Shown here: positions 35,680 through 47,986 of the stretch, one piece after another
Layout: every line of letters begins with the position of its first letter
Numbering within the stretch: position 1 is the stretch's first letter
Assembly (NCBI GenBank): GCA_965603825.1
Contig: CBFDEM010000054.1
Location: 496,001 to 560,000 of the forward strand
Reading direction: 5' to 3'
Length of the DNA stretch: 64,000 nt
Source: Blepharisma stoltei ATCC 30299
Lineage: Eukaryota > Protista > Ciliophora
Notes under the pieces: model-generated
What the model saw: only the letters and a program-made list of their open reading frames with translations
Databases searched by the model: none
Told to the model about the DNA's origin: nothing
Made by a program: the position numbers and the translations under genes

Positions 35680-37087
35680 ATGCTAGTAGGCAAATGCTTT
35701 ATGGACGGCTGCATGATTCAGCCAAGGGGTAAATGCGATTGTAACAACACCACAACTTTATTCTGCGATTTGCATGCTCTTGATCATATTAAATCTCCAA
35801 GCTGAAATGGGCATTTTGGTCAGAGCCTTTATTTTAAACCATCTGAAGAAACTAAATCCGTCACTGCAAAAAGAATCTTAAGCTTGATTACAGATCTTCA
35901 TAAATTCAAAGCCAATTTTTTACTTCAAAGTAATCTGGCCATTGATTTTCTTTTAGAAGCAATTCAGAATACCTTGATACGGCTAAATAAAATCGATCAA
36001 GAATGTAAAAATATTATGCAAATATCTTTATCAGATGTTGAAATTCTAGATGTCCCAACTGAAAGCAATATTGAAAAAATATTAAAATTAACCAAAGAGG
36101 AAGCTGAAGTTGAGTTAGAAAGCTGAGAAGTTCCAGAATGTGTCCTTGGTATGGAAAATATAGAATTTTTTATTAAAAAAAATTTCAAAGTTAAACTTGA
36201 AATTTTCAAAGATTTGGGGAATGTATGCAAATCAAATATTATTTGATTTTTTGAAAATCATGGTACAATAAACATATATAATCTAGATAATGCCCAAGTT
36301 ATCCCTCAACCTGATTGCTTTGACATGTCTCAAATGCTAGAGATAAGTTGAAAAAATAGCGAAAATATCAAGCATAGCAAGAGGTTTCTCAATTATGATT
36401 GAATTCTTAAAAAAAAAACCAAAAAAAGAACAAAAAAAATCCTATTGTTTATAATGTTCTACTGGACAAGTATTGGCCTGCAACAAAAATCATAATCTTT
36501 ATTTGATAAATAAGAACACAGACACTATTCAAATTGGAAAGCCAAGTTTGAATTATGCAAAGGCAGGCTTTGCTTGCTTGAACAGATCAGTATATGTATT
36601 TGGGAATTCTATTGCTTCTGTTTTTGATTTAAAAACACTTCAGTGAAAAGATATAGCTCTTGATGAAAAACTCTCTAATTTCAGCTCAACTTCGTGCATG
36701 GAATACCAAAATAAAATTATAATCGTGGATGTTTGCTCAAATGGAGTGCTGATTTATGATATTTTAAAGAATAATTATTCTGATGTTAATAGTTTTTATA
36801 TAAAGCAGAACTGCTATAAATTGATTCTCAAAGGGAATGGACGGTTATTTCTGATCGAATTTGGGCTAAATATTTATGAAAGTAGGCCTAGGGATCCTTG
36901 CTTTTGAAAAATTATTGGAACTAATACACTGCCGAATTGTTGTATAGATTCTTCTATTTGTCAATATAAAGGCAGCATTTATTTTTTAGTCAATTCTCAA
37001 TTATGAAAATTCAATATCAAGCCAAAAAATATTGAGATAGCAGATGAAGATCCTTTTAAAACAACTGATAGTTTTCAAATGAGATAG
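35680..37087 (+). pseudogene. Disrupted paralog of 37328-38743
   Basis: Collinear with the downstream gene; +1 frame shift in the A-rich tract ~36409-36460, with TAA stops in both relevant frames. Confidence 0.7.
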
Positions 37088-37327
37088 AAATTTAAATAGA
37101 TTTTTATTATAATAGTAAATAAGAGCATTAATTCGATATTTAACTGTAAGACTGACTTGAATCTTGATGTGTGATAGCAAGAGTGATTGCGCTATTTCTT
37201 TAAGTCATCAATTTGATAGCTACAAAATATGAAAGGTAAAAGACCATGATCATATTAATATGCGAATTTTTGTAAAGCTATTACTAGAGTAAAGTATTTA
37301 TTATAAATATTAAGGTGGTGTATAAAT

Positions 37328-38743
37328 ATGATATCAGGTAAATGCTTTATGAAAGGCTGCATTTTTATCCCAAGAAACAAATGTGAGTGTAACAACACTA
37401 CAACTTTATTCTGCGACTTGCATGCTCTTGATCATATTAAAACTCCAAGTAAAACTGGCCATGCGGGTTTGGATCTATATTTTAATCCATCTAAGGAAAC
37501 TAAATCAATTACTGCAAGAAAAATTTTAATTTTGCTGGCAGATCTTCGTAAATTCAAAGCAGAATTCTTGCATAAAAGTAATGAAATTGTTGATTTTCTG
37601 CTAAATTCAATTCAAAATACTTTAATTCAGCTTAATAAAATCGAGCAAGACTGTAAAAATATGCTACAAGTTGTTTTATCTAATTCAGAAATTCTTGATG
37701 TCCCAACTGAAAGTAAGATTGAAAAGATTTTAAAATTATCTGAAGAAGAAGCTGAACTTGAATTAGGAAACTGAGAGGTCCCAGAGATGTCCATCAATAC
37801 CGAAAATATAAAGTCATTTATAGAAAATAATATTAAAGTTGAACTAGAGGTTTTTAAGGACCTAGGGAGTATATGCAAATCAAATATTCTTTGATTTTGA
37901 TATAATAATGGCTTAAATAAATTTGATTTAGATACCGGCCAAACTCTGCCTCAATCCGAGTTCTTTGGTAACTTTCAAAAATGAGAGACCCTCTGACAAA
38001 ATATTGCAAATATTAGGAATAATAAACTGCATCCTCGCAAAAATAATCTTTATCATGGAAGGAATCAAGCACCTTATAAATTTCATATGCACCCTACTGG
38101 ACAAGTATTGGCCTGCAACTACAATAATAGTCTCTACTTGATAAATAAAAATTTTGATATCATTCAAATAGGAAAGCAAAATGTTAATTATACGCAGTCA
38201 GGCTTTGCTTCCTCCAAGAATTTAGTTTATGTGTTTGGAAATGGCATTGCTTCAAAATTTGATTTAAAAACGTATGAATTAACAGATCTAGCTGCAAGCG
38301 ATTACATATATAATTTGAACTCAACATCTTGCATAGAATATCAAAATAAAGTAATAATAGTGGATTTCAAATTAAGTGGAGTGCTTATTTATGATATCGA
38401 AAATAATAATTATTCTTTTGTGCAGAAGATCTATCTTAGCCAGAACTGCTATAAATTAATTCTCAAAGGGAATGAGAAATTATTTCTTATTGATTTTGGA
38501 TCAAATATTTTCGAAAGTAATGCAGGAGATGCTAGCAATTGAAATCTTATTGGGTACAACACTTTGCAAAATCTTTATATACAGTCTACAATCTGCCAAC
38601 ACAAAGGCATCATTTATTTTTTAGTTGATTTTCAATTATGAAGATTTAACCTGAAAACAAAAGAAGTTGAGATAGCAAATCAAGATATTCTTAAAATTCA
38701 TCCAAACCTTATACCTGTGGGAGGATATAAGAACTTGTTTTAA
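37328..38743 (+). CDS. Cys/His-rich N-terminus + coiled coil + Kelch-like beta-propeller protein
   Basis: Open for 471 codons with 7 TGA=W; CFMKGC...CEC...FCDLHALDH; beta-strand repeats such as LVYVFGN, VLIYD, IIYFL. Confidence 0.75.
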
Positions 38744-38930
38744 TCTTATAATTTTATTGAAAAAGCTTTCTCTAATATAAGTTTTATAGATTTATGAGAA
38801 AAGCGTGTTTTTGGTTATTTTTTGGTTTCATTTCTATCTGGGCTAGAGAAGTTACTAAGTTTATCCCTTATAAACTTTATAAGATTTTATCATCTCTCTA
38901 TATAAAATTAATTCAAAAATATTTAGAAAA

Positions 38931-39548
38931 ATGTCCTCTCACACTGTTGCAGTTTTAGGAGGCAGTTTCGATCCTCCTCATGTAGGTCATACTCAATTAG
39001 CTGACGCACTTCAGCCACATTTTAATGAGGTTTGAATAATTCCATGTGGAGACCGATCAGATAAACATACAATGAGCCCAGCTACCCTCAGATACCAAAT
39101 GGCTTCAATTGCTTATAAAAATTATCAAGTCCTTGATATTGAAGCTCAAAATGGCTCTATGATTCCTTCCTATTTTCTTATGAAAAGACTTGAATCAATT
39201 TATCCAAATAAAACATTGAAGCTTGTAATTGGGTCTGATTTACTATCAACTTTGCATAGCTGGGATGAGCCTGAACGATTAGTCTCTGAAATTAATTTTG
39301 CTGTTTTAGCAAGAAAAGGATTTACAATTTCAGAGGAAATTGAAAACGAATTTAGAAGCAAGCCAAATTTCCAATTTTTACCTGATTTAAACATAATTGA
39401 GATGTCATCGACTGAAGTGAGGAATGCAATAAAAAATGCTAGAAAAGAAGCAGAAAGCAAAGAAGAATTAAGAGAAAAAATAGCTGAGATTGGTTTTATA
39501 AGTGGAGAAATTATCGATATAATAATTAATAATAACCTTTACGCATAA
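38931..39548 (+). CDS. Nicotinate/nicotinamide mononucleotide adenylyltransferase (NadD-like)
   Basis: AVLGGSFDPPHVGH, EV(W)IIPCG, VIGSDLL...W, MSSTEVR. Confidence 0.9.
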
Positions 39549-39704
39549 CAGAGTTTGTAATGAAAGATAAATATGATCCCTAATATCACTATCAATATTT
39601 ACGCTAGGTATTTGCATTAAATTTTTATTATAAATAAAATATAAAATTAAAAGAAATAGATAATCTTTTATTAATTAACATGACTATCTTCTTATATTTG
39701 TCAT

Positions 39705-40151
39705 TTAAGCTTGATTTTTAGATTGATCAATAGGAGGCATTCTCGGATCTGATTTTCTAGCTCCACAAAAGCAGCAAACGTATACAACTCCAACAATAAT
39801 TAGCAGCCCTGCCATCACATATTGTATAATCATTCTTGATCTAATGCACAATGTCCCAACACTGAATAAAACTTACAAAATATAAAACATCCCTTTCCCA
39901 ATATGCCCAGATAAAAACATAAATTTAATCATAATTCAGTTAATTTTTGCTTCAGCCGCTATTATCATCACTCCGAAAATTCTAAATTAACTATACACAT
40001 AGTAAATCGGCAAAATCACACTAATAGGATCATCCGCAGTTATCATAAGGGCAAAATTATATATCGCAAGCCCAATTAGCAATACTCCTAAAATCACACT
40101 AGCGACCTTTAAAGTTGTGCTCCACTTCTGTGAGATAGGCCCATCAGACAT
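39705..40151 (-). CDS. COPI-associated/Tvp15-like small membrane protein (absent from ORF track)
   Basis: ATG 40151; introns 39982-39996 and 39862-39876; 138 aa with about 4 hydrophobic segments; FMFLSGHIGKGMFYIFVGTL. Confidence 0.8.
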
Positions 40152-40166
40152 TATAATTTATAATAA

Positions 40167-41900
40167 ATGTGGATCTTATGCTTACTAATCCACGCTTTAG
40201 CAGACCAAAAAAGACATGATTATTCCCCAAACGAAGAAGTGATCCTTTGGTTTAATAAAATAGTACCGTTTAATAACCCACAAGAATCCTATGCATATAA
40301 TAAACTGCCTCTGTGCAGAGGAGAGCGAAAAGAAAGGCTTTACTCCCTAGCATTAGGAGAAGCTATAGAAGGATATGAGCTATATGATAGTGAAATGGAC
40401 ATCAAATTTATGAATAATATACAAATTCAGCCTTTTTGCAGTAAAAATCTAAACCATGAAGCTATTACAATATTAGTTAATGCAATTAAGAGGAATTTTT
40501 GGATCCAAATGTATATTGATAACCTACCGTTTTGGTCTGAAATAGGCAAAGAGGATGAAAATACGAAGGATATTTTTATATTTTCGCATTATGCTTTTAT
40601 TATTTCATATAATAATTCCAATATTATCAAAGTGCAAGTAATGCCAGGAAATCCTATAAGGATTTATGATAGTAAAAGATCGAGCAGGGATATCACAGAT
40701 ATAAGCTTTACATATTCAGTATCTTGGGTGCCAACTGATATTGAATTTCGGCATCGATTTGACAGTTACTTAGATCCAGGATTTTTCGAAAATAATGTGC
40801 ATTGGTTTTCCATTATAAATTCATTTGTTCTGGTAATTTTACTATGCGGCATAGTAATGCTGATTTTATACAGGATTTTAAATAAAGATATAGAAAGATA
40901 TGAGTCTCAAAGCGATGAGCCAATGGATTTAGCTATTTCCTCTGGCTGAAAACAAGTAGCAGGTGATGTTTATAGGCCTCCAGACTTACTAATATTTTTC
41001 ACAATTCTTTATAGCACTGGTTGGATGTTAGCTTGATTGATTGCCGAATGCATAATTACATGCATCTTACATCCAATGTATAGTGAAAGAGGAGAATTTG
41101 CTGAGATGATGGTTGTTGCTTATTCGCTTTTAGGAATTATAGGAGGCTTTCGATGTGGGGAATATTATTGCCGAAATCAAGGGAAAAGATGAAAAACGGC
41201 TATGTTCTTTTCTGCGCTATTATATCCTGCCTTTATAGCGATTATAGGATTGCTACTTAATGCTATTGCTGTGATGTATTCATCAACGCAGGCAATCCCT
41301 ATAGTAAGCATGCTAGAAATATTGTCATTGATTTTATTTGTGTATTTGCCATTATTTATAATCGGAAGTTTATTTGGAAGAAAATATAGGCTGAGGTATC
41401 CAGCTATCCAAAAAATAAACTGTATATCAATTCCAATTTTAAAAGAAAAGAAATGATACAGTGAGCCTGCTTTTATTTCTTTACTAGGAGGCTTGCTACC
41501 ATTTGGAAGCATTTCAGTAGAAATTTATTTTATTTTTACGTCATTCTGGAATTATAAGTTTTATTATGTTTATGGATTTGCACTTGCGGGGTATTTTTTG
41601 TTTATTTTATCATTAATTTGTGTTTCAATAGTCGCAACTTATATTATTTTGAACTCTGAAGACTATAGGTGGCACTGGGTAAGCTTTATAAGTTCTGGAA
41701 GTGTTGGAATTTATCTGTATATCTATTCAATTTATTATTATTTCTTCAAAACAAGCATGACTGGTCTTTTTCAATTTTCATTTTATTTTGGATACACTGG
41801 CTTAGCAAGTATCACTGTGTTTTTAATTGCTGGAGCAATTGGACACACAGGTTCTCAATATTTCGTAAGAAAAATATACAACAATATAAAGTTTGATTAG
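40167..41900 (+). CDS. Nonaspanin TM9SF/EMP70 family protein
   Basis: NKIVPFNNPQESYAY, HWFSIINS, SG(W)KQVAGDVYRPP, GGLLPFGSI, EDYRWHW, terminal IKFD (KxD/E). Confidence 0.93.
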
Positions 41901-41911
41901 CAATTAATTTC

Positions 41912-42460
41912 TTATGTGTGTTTATTATCTTCAACTGTTTTCTTTATAAGCTCTATAATTTCTTCCACATTTCTTTCCATCTCTACAATAGTATCTGAGT
42001 TTCTTTCAAGAATTTTTTCTTTTGGGTAAGAATCTTCTACTTCGTCTTTGCAGACTTGGAAAATCTCACATTGGACATTTTCTTGGATTTTTGGCTCAGG
42101 GTAGCCTCTTTCTGAAAGTCTATCAAAAATATTTGTATTGGATGCTCTCAATAAAACTATGTAGTGAAACCAATCTGGAGGGAAAAAAGCACAAGAATGA
42201 AAATCAACGATTTTTCCACCTCTTCTTATGTCAGCTTCAATAGCATCACAAACTAAATCTTCGTCAAATTCAGGGACTTGAAATTGTTCATTCCAATTTT
42301 TGTAAAGGTGCTTTTCGTTAATAAGAGCTCCAAGAGAAATCACTTCAAATTTTGGAAAATCGATGGTTTCATTCAATTGATCTTCTAACAGCCTAGCTAG
42401 AGTGGTTTTTCCAGTGCCTGGTGTACCTGTGATTAATATGTTTGGAGCTCTTATTTCCAT
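41912..42460 (-). CDS. AK6: Adenylate kinase 6 (hCINAP/Fap7)
   Basis: PNILITGTPGTGKTT, IVDFHSC, RLSERGY, KIQENVQCEIF. Confidence 0.92.
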   Translation of the reverse strand: MEIRAPNILITGTPGTGKTTLARLLEDQLNETIDFPKFEVISLGALINEKHLYKNWNEQFQVPEFDEDLVCDAIEADIRRGGKIVDFHSCAFFPPDWFHYIVLLRASNTNIFDRLSERGYPEPKIQENVQCEIFQVCKDEVEDSYPKEKILERNSDTIVEMERNVEEIIELIKKTVEDNKHT

Positions 42461-42532
42461 TTATTTTTATGCAAGCTAAAATGCAGTCTATTCTTCAATT
42501 TCCATGAGAATTATCTTATTTTTAATGAAAAA

Positions 42533-44962
42533 TTAACTAGAATTAGATAAGGCAGATAAATATTGTTTCTTCTCTTCTTGTGTAGTTAAATCATTCCAAT
42601 CACCTACAAAAATATCAAAAGTCTTTCGTCCAGATGCTTTGATAATTTGTTTTTTCAATTTCAGATGTGTTAATAAGTCCTTTGTTCCAGAAAGCTGATA
42701 AAATCCTTTCGATAAATAAATATAATCATCTTTATCATACAGCAAGATATCTTTTCCATTGATATTTAAGTCCGGTTTCATGCCTAATATATGAGTTGGG
42801 TTAGGATTTACGTCAAATCCTAATGACTTTGAAGTCTCTATTACACTTTCTAAAAATTCTGGGGTAATTTTCTTCGGTTTTTCCATTTTTTCAATTAATT
42901 CTGGAGGATAAGAATTGACTTTTTCTTCAAGCTCCTTTATGTAGTTTTCATATTGAACACCTTTAGGTGGAATTAAGGCCAAAACTTGTTGCAATAAGCC
43001 ATAATGGAATGGATCTAAAGCTACTAAGAAATCTTCTTCGTCTTGCATAGTTTTTGCAGTCCAAATTCATTCGTTTATTGTATATCTGTAATTCGCCATA
43101 GGAATTTTGATCAAACTCTCATGAAGCTTATCAGTCCAGAACAGCTGCTCACGATTTCCAATAGCAGCCGCCATTCATGCCATTTGCACAATTGAAGTAG
43201 CAGTCAAGAATATATTAAAAGCAAGCTCTTTATCATTAACCAGAATGAGTTTATTAGTTGACTGCTGCTCTTCGTCTTCTGATTCATAGTCTTCATAAAC
43301 TCTTCCTTGGTGTTTATGGAAACAGTCAATAACATTTGCCATGGCACTTTTACAGAAAGCTGACATCCCTACCAATCCAAAACCTAAGCAAGCATTCCCT
43401 AAGCTCTGAGGCCTTATTTTATTAAGTCCTGCATTTAAGATTGAATTTTCCAAGCTCGAATAAACATCAAGGGATCCTTTATTAAGTAAAGCTAAAGAAT
43501 AAACAGTATTTGAAATTTCATCTTGTTTCATATAATTTGCAGCATGAAAAATTTTGGTATTTAAATGTTTTAAAAATTCTGGGGTCTGCATAGCTGGAGT
43601 TTCATAAGTAGCGATAACAGCTCTTGTTATATCTTTCGGGTGTTCTGCTGGCAGCCTATTATTGTCTAGCAGCTCTTTTATACCTCTTTCATAAACTTCA
43701 TTATTTTCCCAGCCAATTCCTCCATAAAGGCTTAAAAATTTAATCAAATAATGGTCATCACTTTTGGACTCCTTTAAATAATTGACAGAAATGCTATCAA
43801 AATGCTTCCAAATCTCAGGGTCTTTTATTCCAGAATTTACTAGAGAGTTTATCAAATAAGTAAAGTTCCTAAATTGCAGATCTTTTTCTGTTTTTAGCAG
43901 GGTTTTTAGTCTATTAACTAAAGTGTAAATAAAATCTTTAGATGCTTTATTGTGTCTTGTATAAGCCCACAGAATCTGAACGATTTGTTTAGCATTTAGA
44001 ATTTCTAATGAATCTTTAGCAAGCTGCTGCAATAGCAAATTTAAGGGTTCATATTTTATGATATAATGTGTAAAAGCGGTAGTAATCTTTAGCAGCTGTA
44101 CAACAGTAATGCTCTGTTTAGGGTCAGTAAGCAACCTAAATAATGTGTATTCCAATAAAGCCCTAAGATCATTACTCCCTATATTTGCAGGTATCAAATA
44201 ATGGATAATATCATCAATTTCTTCAATTTTTGTTACTTTGCCTTGATGAATCCCATTTCATATAATCTCTTCAGTTTTTTTGAAATATTCAGGGCCGCCA
44301 TATTTCCTTCCCAGCTGTGCTCTGCTGAAATAATAAGCTATTTTTGAAACATTTTGCAGACTGGCATTTTCAAAATCAGGGTGTATTAATATAGCATTAG
44401 CTAAGTACTTGTATAAATGCATAGTTCCAACGTTTTTGAAAGAATATGACCATAAAATATCTTCAATTTTATGGAGCGGGATATTGAGATAGTCACTAAT
44501 TTCGAATTCGCCAATTCCTTCAGCTAATGCATTAAGAAATTTATTTACTTCTGGGCCATTATATTTGATATAACAATAGCTGTGGGCTACATCTGCTGCT
44601 AAGTCTAAGTCGAATTCTTCAACACGAGTTTCCAGCTCATATGTAGCTCTGCTCCAAAAATCTTTGGTAAATTCAGTTCCTCTTAGCTCTGCATTTTTTA
44701 CAATAGATTTCATAATATTGCTGATATCACTTGTCTGCATCTTTTTGATTCTTGTAGATAAGGTATAAAAATAATCCTGCAGATGCTGCATTGCATTGAG
44801 ATTTTCTTTAAGATTTTTGGTGGAAAGTGATCCGAGCTCTTTTGCGACTGTGAATAATTCGTTATCACTTAGAAAATTTGACCGAGGGAGTGTCAATTCT
44901 AATGAGAATGGCTGAACTTGAGGTTGCTGAGTTGTGAGGTAGCGACGAACTAATCTCCACAT
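42533..44962 (-). CDS. FASTK-like helical repeat protein with C-terminal RAP domain, probable mitochondrial presequence
   Basis: MWRLVRRYLTT; repeats such as IEDILWSYS and IVQILWAYT; RAP-like LKKQIIKASG...DW...EKKQYL; single frame via TGA=W. Confidence 0.72.
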
Positions 44963-45110
44963 TATATCAAGTGAATTTTAACAATTTAGATTATTTTCTG
45001 CTAAGATAATTATTTAAGCTAAATAAAGAAGAATAAATGAGAGAAAATAACCTAAATATTCAAATAAGATTGATTTACCAATATCTAAACAATTACTTCA
45101 ATAAATAAAA

Positions 45111-46172
45111 TTATACCATAAATTCAGGGTTTTTATAACTTGATAAGGTGTCAAATATTTCTCTCCTATAATCCTCCATCTTCGTAGGGATCAATTCTTC
45201 ATTAGCATTTAATGCTATATTTCTCGCCTGCTTAAGCATATAAACTCCTGAATCTTCTTTTGCAAATGCATTAACTAAAGGAAATTTTTGGCTTCTAATA
45301 AATTTCCAAGTATCAAGCACGATTTCTCGCTTTTCAAAATGAAATAGCTCATTTCCAAGAAACTCGAATAATTTATTTAGCTTCTCTTCAACTTTTTTGA
45401 AATCATATGATGTGCAAAGCTCCACAATATTTTCAGTCATATCTACCTTTAATAGTCCTCAGTAGACTTCATGAATAGGTAAAAGCAAAAAGCTAAATAG
45501 CTATTACTCATAAGTAAATAAATTGCAAGAAGAATGGAACTCATCTGCATTTGGTTTTTGATAGAGGATTTTTTTCGCAAATTTAGTGCTTCCTAATACA
45601 ACTTTATTGGCGTCGTTCTTCAGTATTAACATATTTCTGTTTTCTTGCTTCATAGCCCACATGTAGCAGTTGACTATATTTTTCGTTAAATTTTTTCCGC
45701 TGCATAACGAATGTAAATCTTCACGTGTCAAAGTGATATGCTTTATATGAAAAACAGGATCTTTAGGGCTAGTGAGAGGTTCTGCTGATAACTCTTCATA
45801 AAGTGAATTTCTATCCAATGAACTTGCAGACCCCGGCTCAGTCGAAATTATCATTGGGGCAGTCAAAGTTGACCCAAATTTTTTAGTATTAAGAGCTGGC
45901 AAATTCTGAAGATATTGCTCTATACCAAGATTTCGTTGGGTTTTTTTTGCCTGATCTTCAGAATGTTTCATGAATTGAGGCAAAGAATGGAGTAATAAAT
46001 TTCTCTTCATACGGATTCGCTCATATGCTGTTTTTTTATCAGTTTTAGAAGACCCACAAACACTTTCTGAGTCTGCTCTAGGTCTTTTTGGTGCTGGGCT
46101 AGGATACATATAAGGAATGGACGATCTTCTTAAGCAAGCAATATCCAGAATACATTGCTCATCACTCTTCAT
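45111..46172 (-). CDS. Ulp1/SENP (C48) peptidase-like protein, catalytic residues altered
   Basis: LHSLCSGKNLTKNIVNCYM; intron 45493-45507; LFTYDFLLLPIHEVY(W)GLLKVD; EDSGVYML. Confidence 0.7.
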
Positions 46173-46259
46173 TTTAATTTTTTAATGCATTAATTTCATG
46201 TAAATTATCTATAATTTTAGAAAAAACTTACAATTAAAAGATAATAGTGGACAAGTCTG

Positions 46260-47900
46260 CTATAAAATAAACACAAATAGCAGAAAATTTAGTATTGGGA
46301 TGATGCTTGAACTAGTAGTGTTAAAGTAAAATGTGTTAGATTTCCTAGTTCCTGGACATGAGCCACCTCTATCCCCATTATCGCACATGCAAACTCCATG
46401 AATGCATTTTCCTCTTCCACTACAATTGTCAGGACAAGGCATATCTCTGCACAGAATATTAGACGATGGACACTGCAAAAATCCTTGAAAGCCTGGCACC
46501 TTCACCTGTCCCCCAGTAAAATTACAAGTGACGGAAGAATTTTTAATATGTATAATTGCGGCATTCTGTGTACAAGTCACATTATGGCACATCGCATGCC
46601 ATATCATCGTCTTATTCAGAGCCGTATAATTTCCTTCCAAACATCTGCAATTCTCACACATAGTCTCCCCATACGTTTCATTTTGATACTTTATATAAGG
46701 GTCTATTTCTCTGCAGTTTCCTTTTTTATCAGGCTTTATAACTGGACAATAGTCAATATATTGATCCCCTCCTCCTAGATAAGGGTCTGAAAAATACTGA
46801 AAAGCTTGTGGGATAACTTTGCTGAACTGTTTTAAGTTGCATGTCCCTTTGCGTAAATGTCTGTAATCGCATTGAGTATAAGTAGTGTTTTGGCAGAATT
46901 CGTTAAAATTTGGCTGTTCATTTATTATGCATTTTTCTTTAAGAAATCTGCAGCCTTTGCCAGCACCTCAGTGAGGTTTGTTTAAGATGCTGTAATTTAC
47001 CTTATACCAGCCTGAATCTTCAAATACAGCTAATGAGATGTCAGAGTAGGTGATATCGTGGATGTCAAAGTCTGATACCATATAATCGTCGTTAAGTGTC
47101 CTTTTTTCTCAATGAGAACCTAATGTTCCGTTGGTTGGTGACACTTCAAGTTCTATTCCGTCTAACTCTGAGCAGTTATAGTATCTTTTCCCTCTAGCTA
47201 AAACATTAGGCGACTTTAATTTTGCGACTGTTGTGTTTCTTTCAGTGCCCCATAATAAAATTTCATCATTTTGATATTTTGACCCATCTGGCTTAACTCA
47301 TAAATCCATTAAATTCGTACTAAAAGCCAAAATATGGGACATTTCATGTATCACTGTGGAAAGCGCATCCTCAAAAGTTTCATTTTGCAATCCTCCAGTT
47401 TCTAGGTGCAAGCGCCCTGCTAAAGGATATCCAGTTCCTTTTTCTGCAAGGCATGTAATAGCTCAGCCTGCAAGCTCACGATTACTATTTCCAGCTGTAA
47501 AATATATGATAACATCAGCGTTCACTCCAAACGTTGTATGCTCTCTCGGAATTTTGAAGCCTTCACAGTCTTTACCTAAAAACCCAGGAAAACTAAGTCG
47601 ACCAATTATAGGATTAATGAGCAGAACTTTCCGGAACCACTTGATAGCCCCATCAACTACGTAATTTTTAATGAAATTCTGGACTTCTAAAGTCGTATTG
47701 AGCTCACCATAGTAAACATATATTCGAATAGGCTCAAAGTCCACTTCTCTGTCAAGTAGTCTTCTGCTATTATCATCAAATTTCCTTGAAAAGGCTGGCA
47801 ATACTTTGCTTGGCTTTGCTCTGTATTCGTCAGCGTAGCACTGTCCGCAAAATGCTACAGGGATATATATGAGCAACAAAATAAAAAAATCAGAAGGCAT
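46260..47900 (-). CDS. Leishmanolysin/GP63-like M8 metalloprotease with EGF-like domain and GPI-type tail
   Basis: Signal peptide; VIHEMSHILAF; GTLGSH(W)EKR; SLAVFEDSGWY; CPDNCSGRGKC; hydrophobic C-terminus. Confidence 0.9.
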
Positions 47901-47986
47901 ATATGATTTTATTTATATAATTGCTGGTTTCAATATTTAATACAGATGCCTCATCAAGCTTTAGGAGTATACTCAATATAATTAAG

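Noticed and set aside
36480-36495. Euplotes-type +1 programmed frameshift rescuing the first paralog
   Set aside because: The context is TCA-TAA rather than AAA-TAA, and it would bypass the conserved TGQVLAC block.
37140-37300. Possible ncRNA between the paralogs (short ATAGC/GCTAT stem, Sm-like site)
   Set aside because: Insufficient structure or box motifs.
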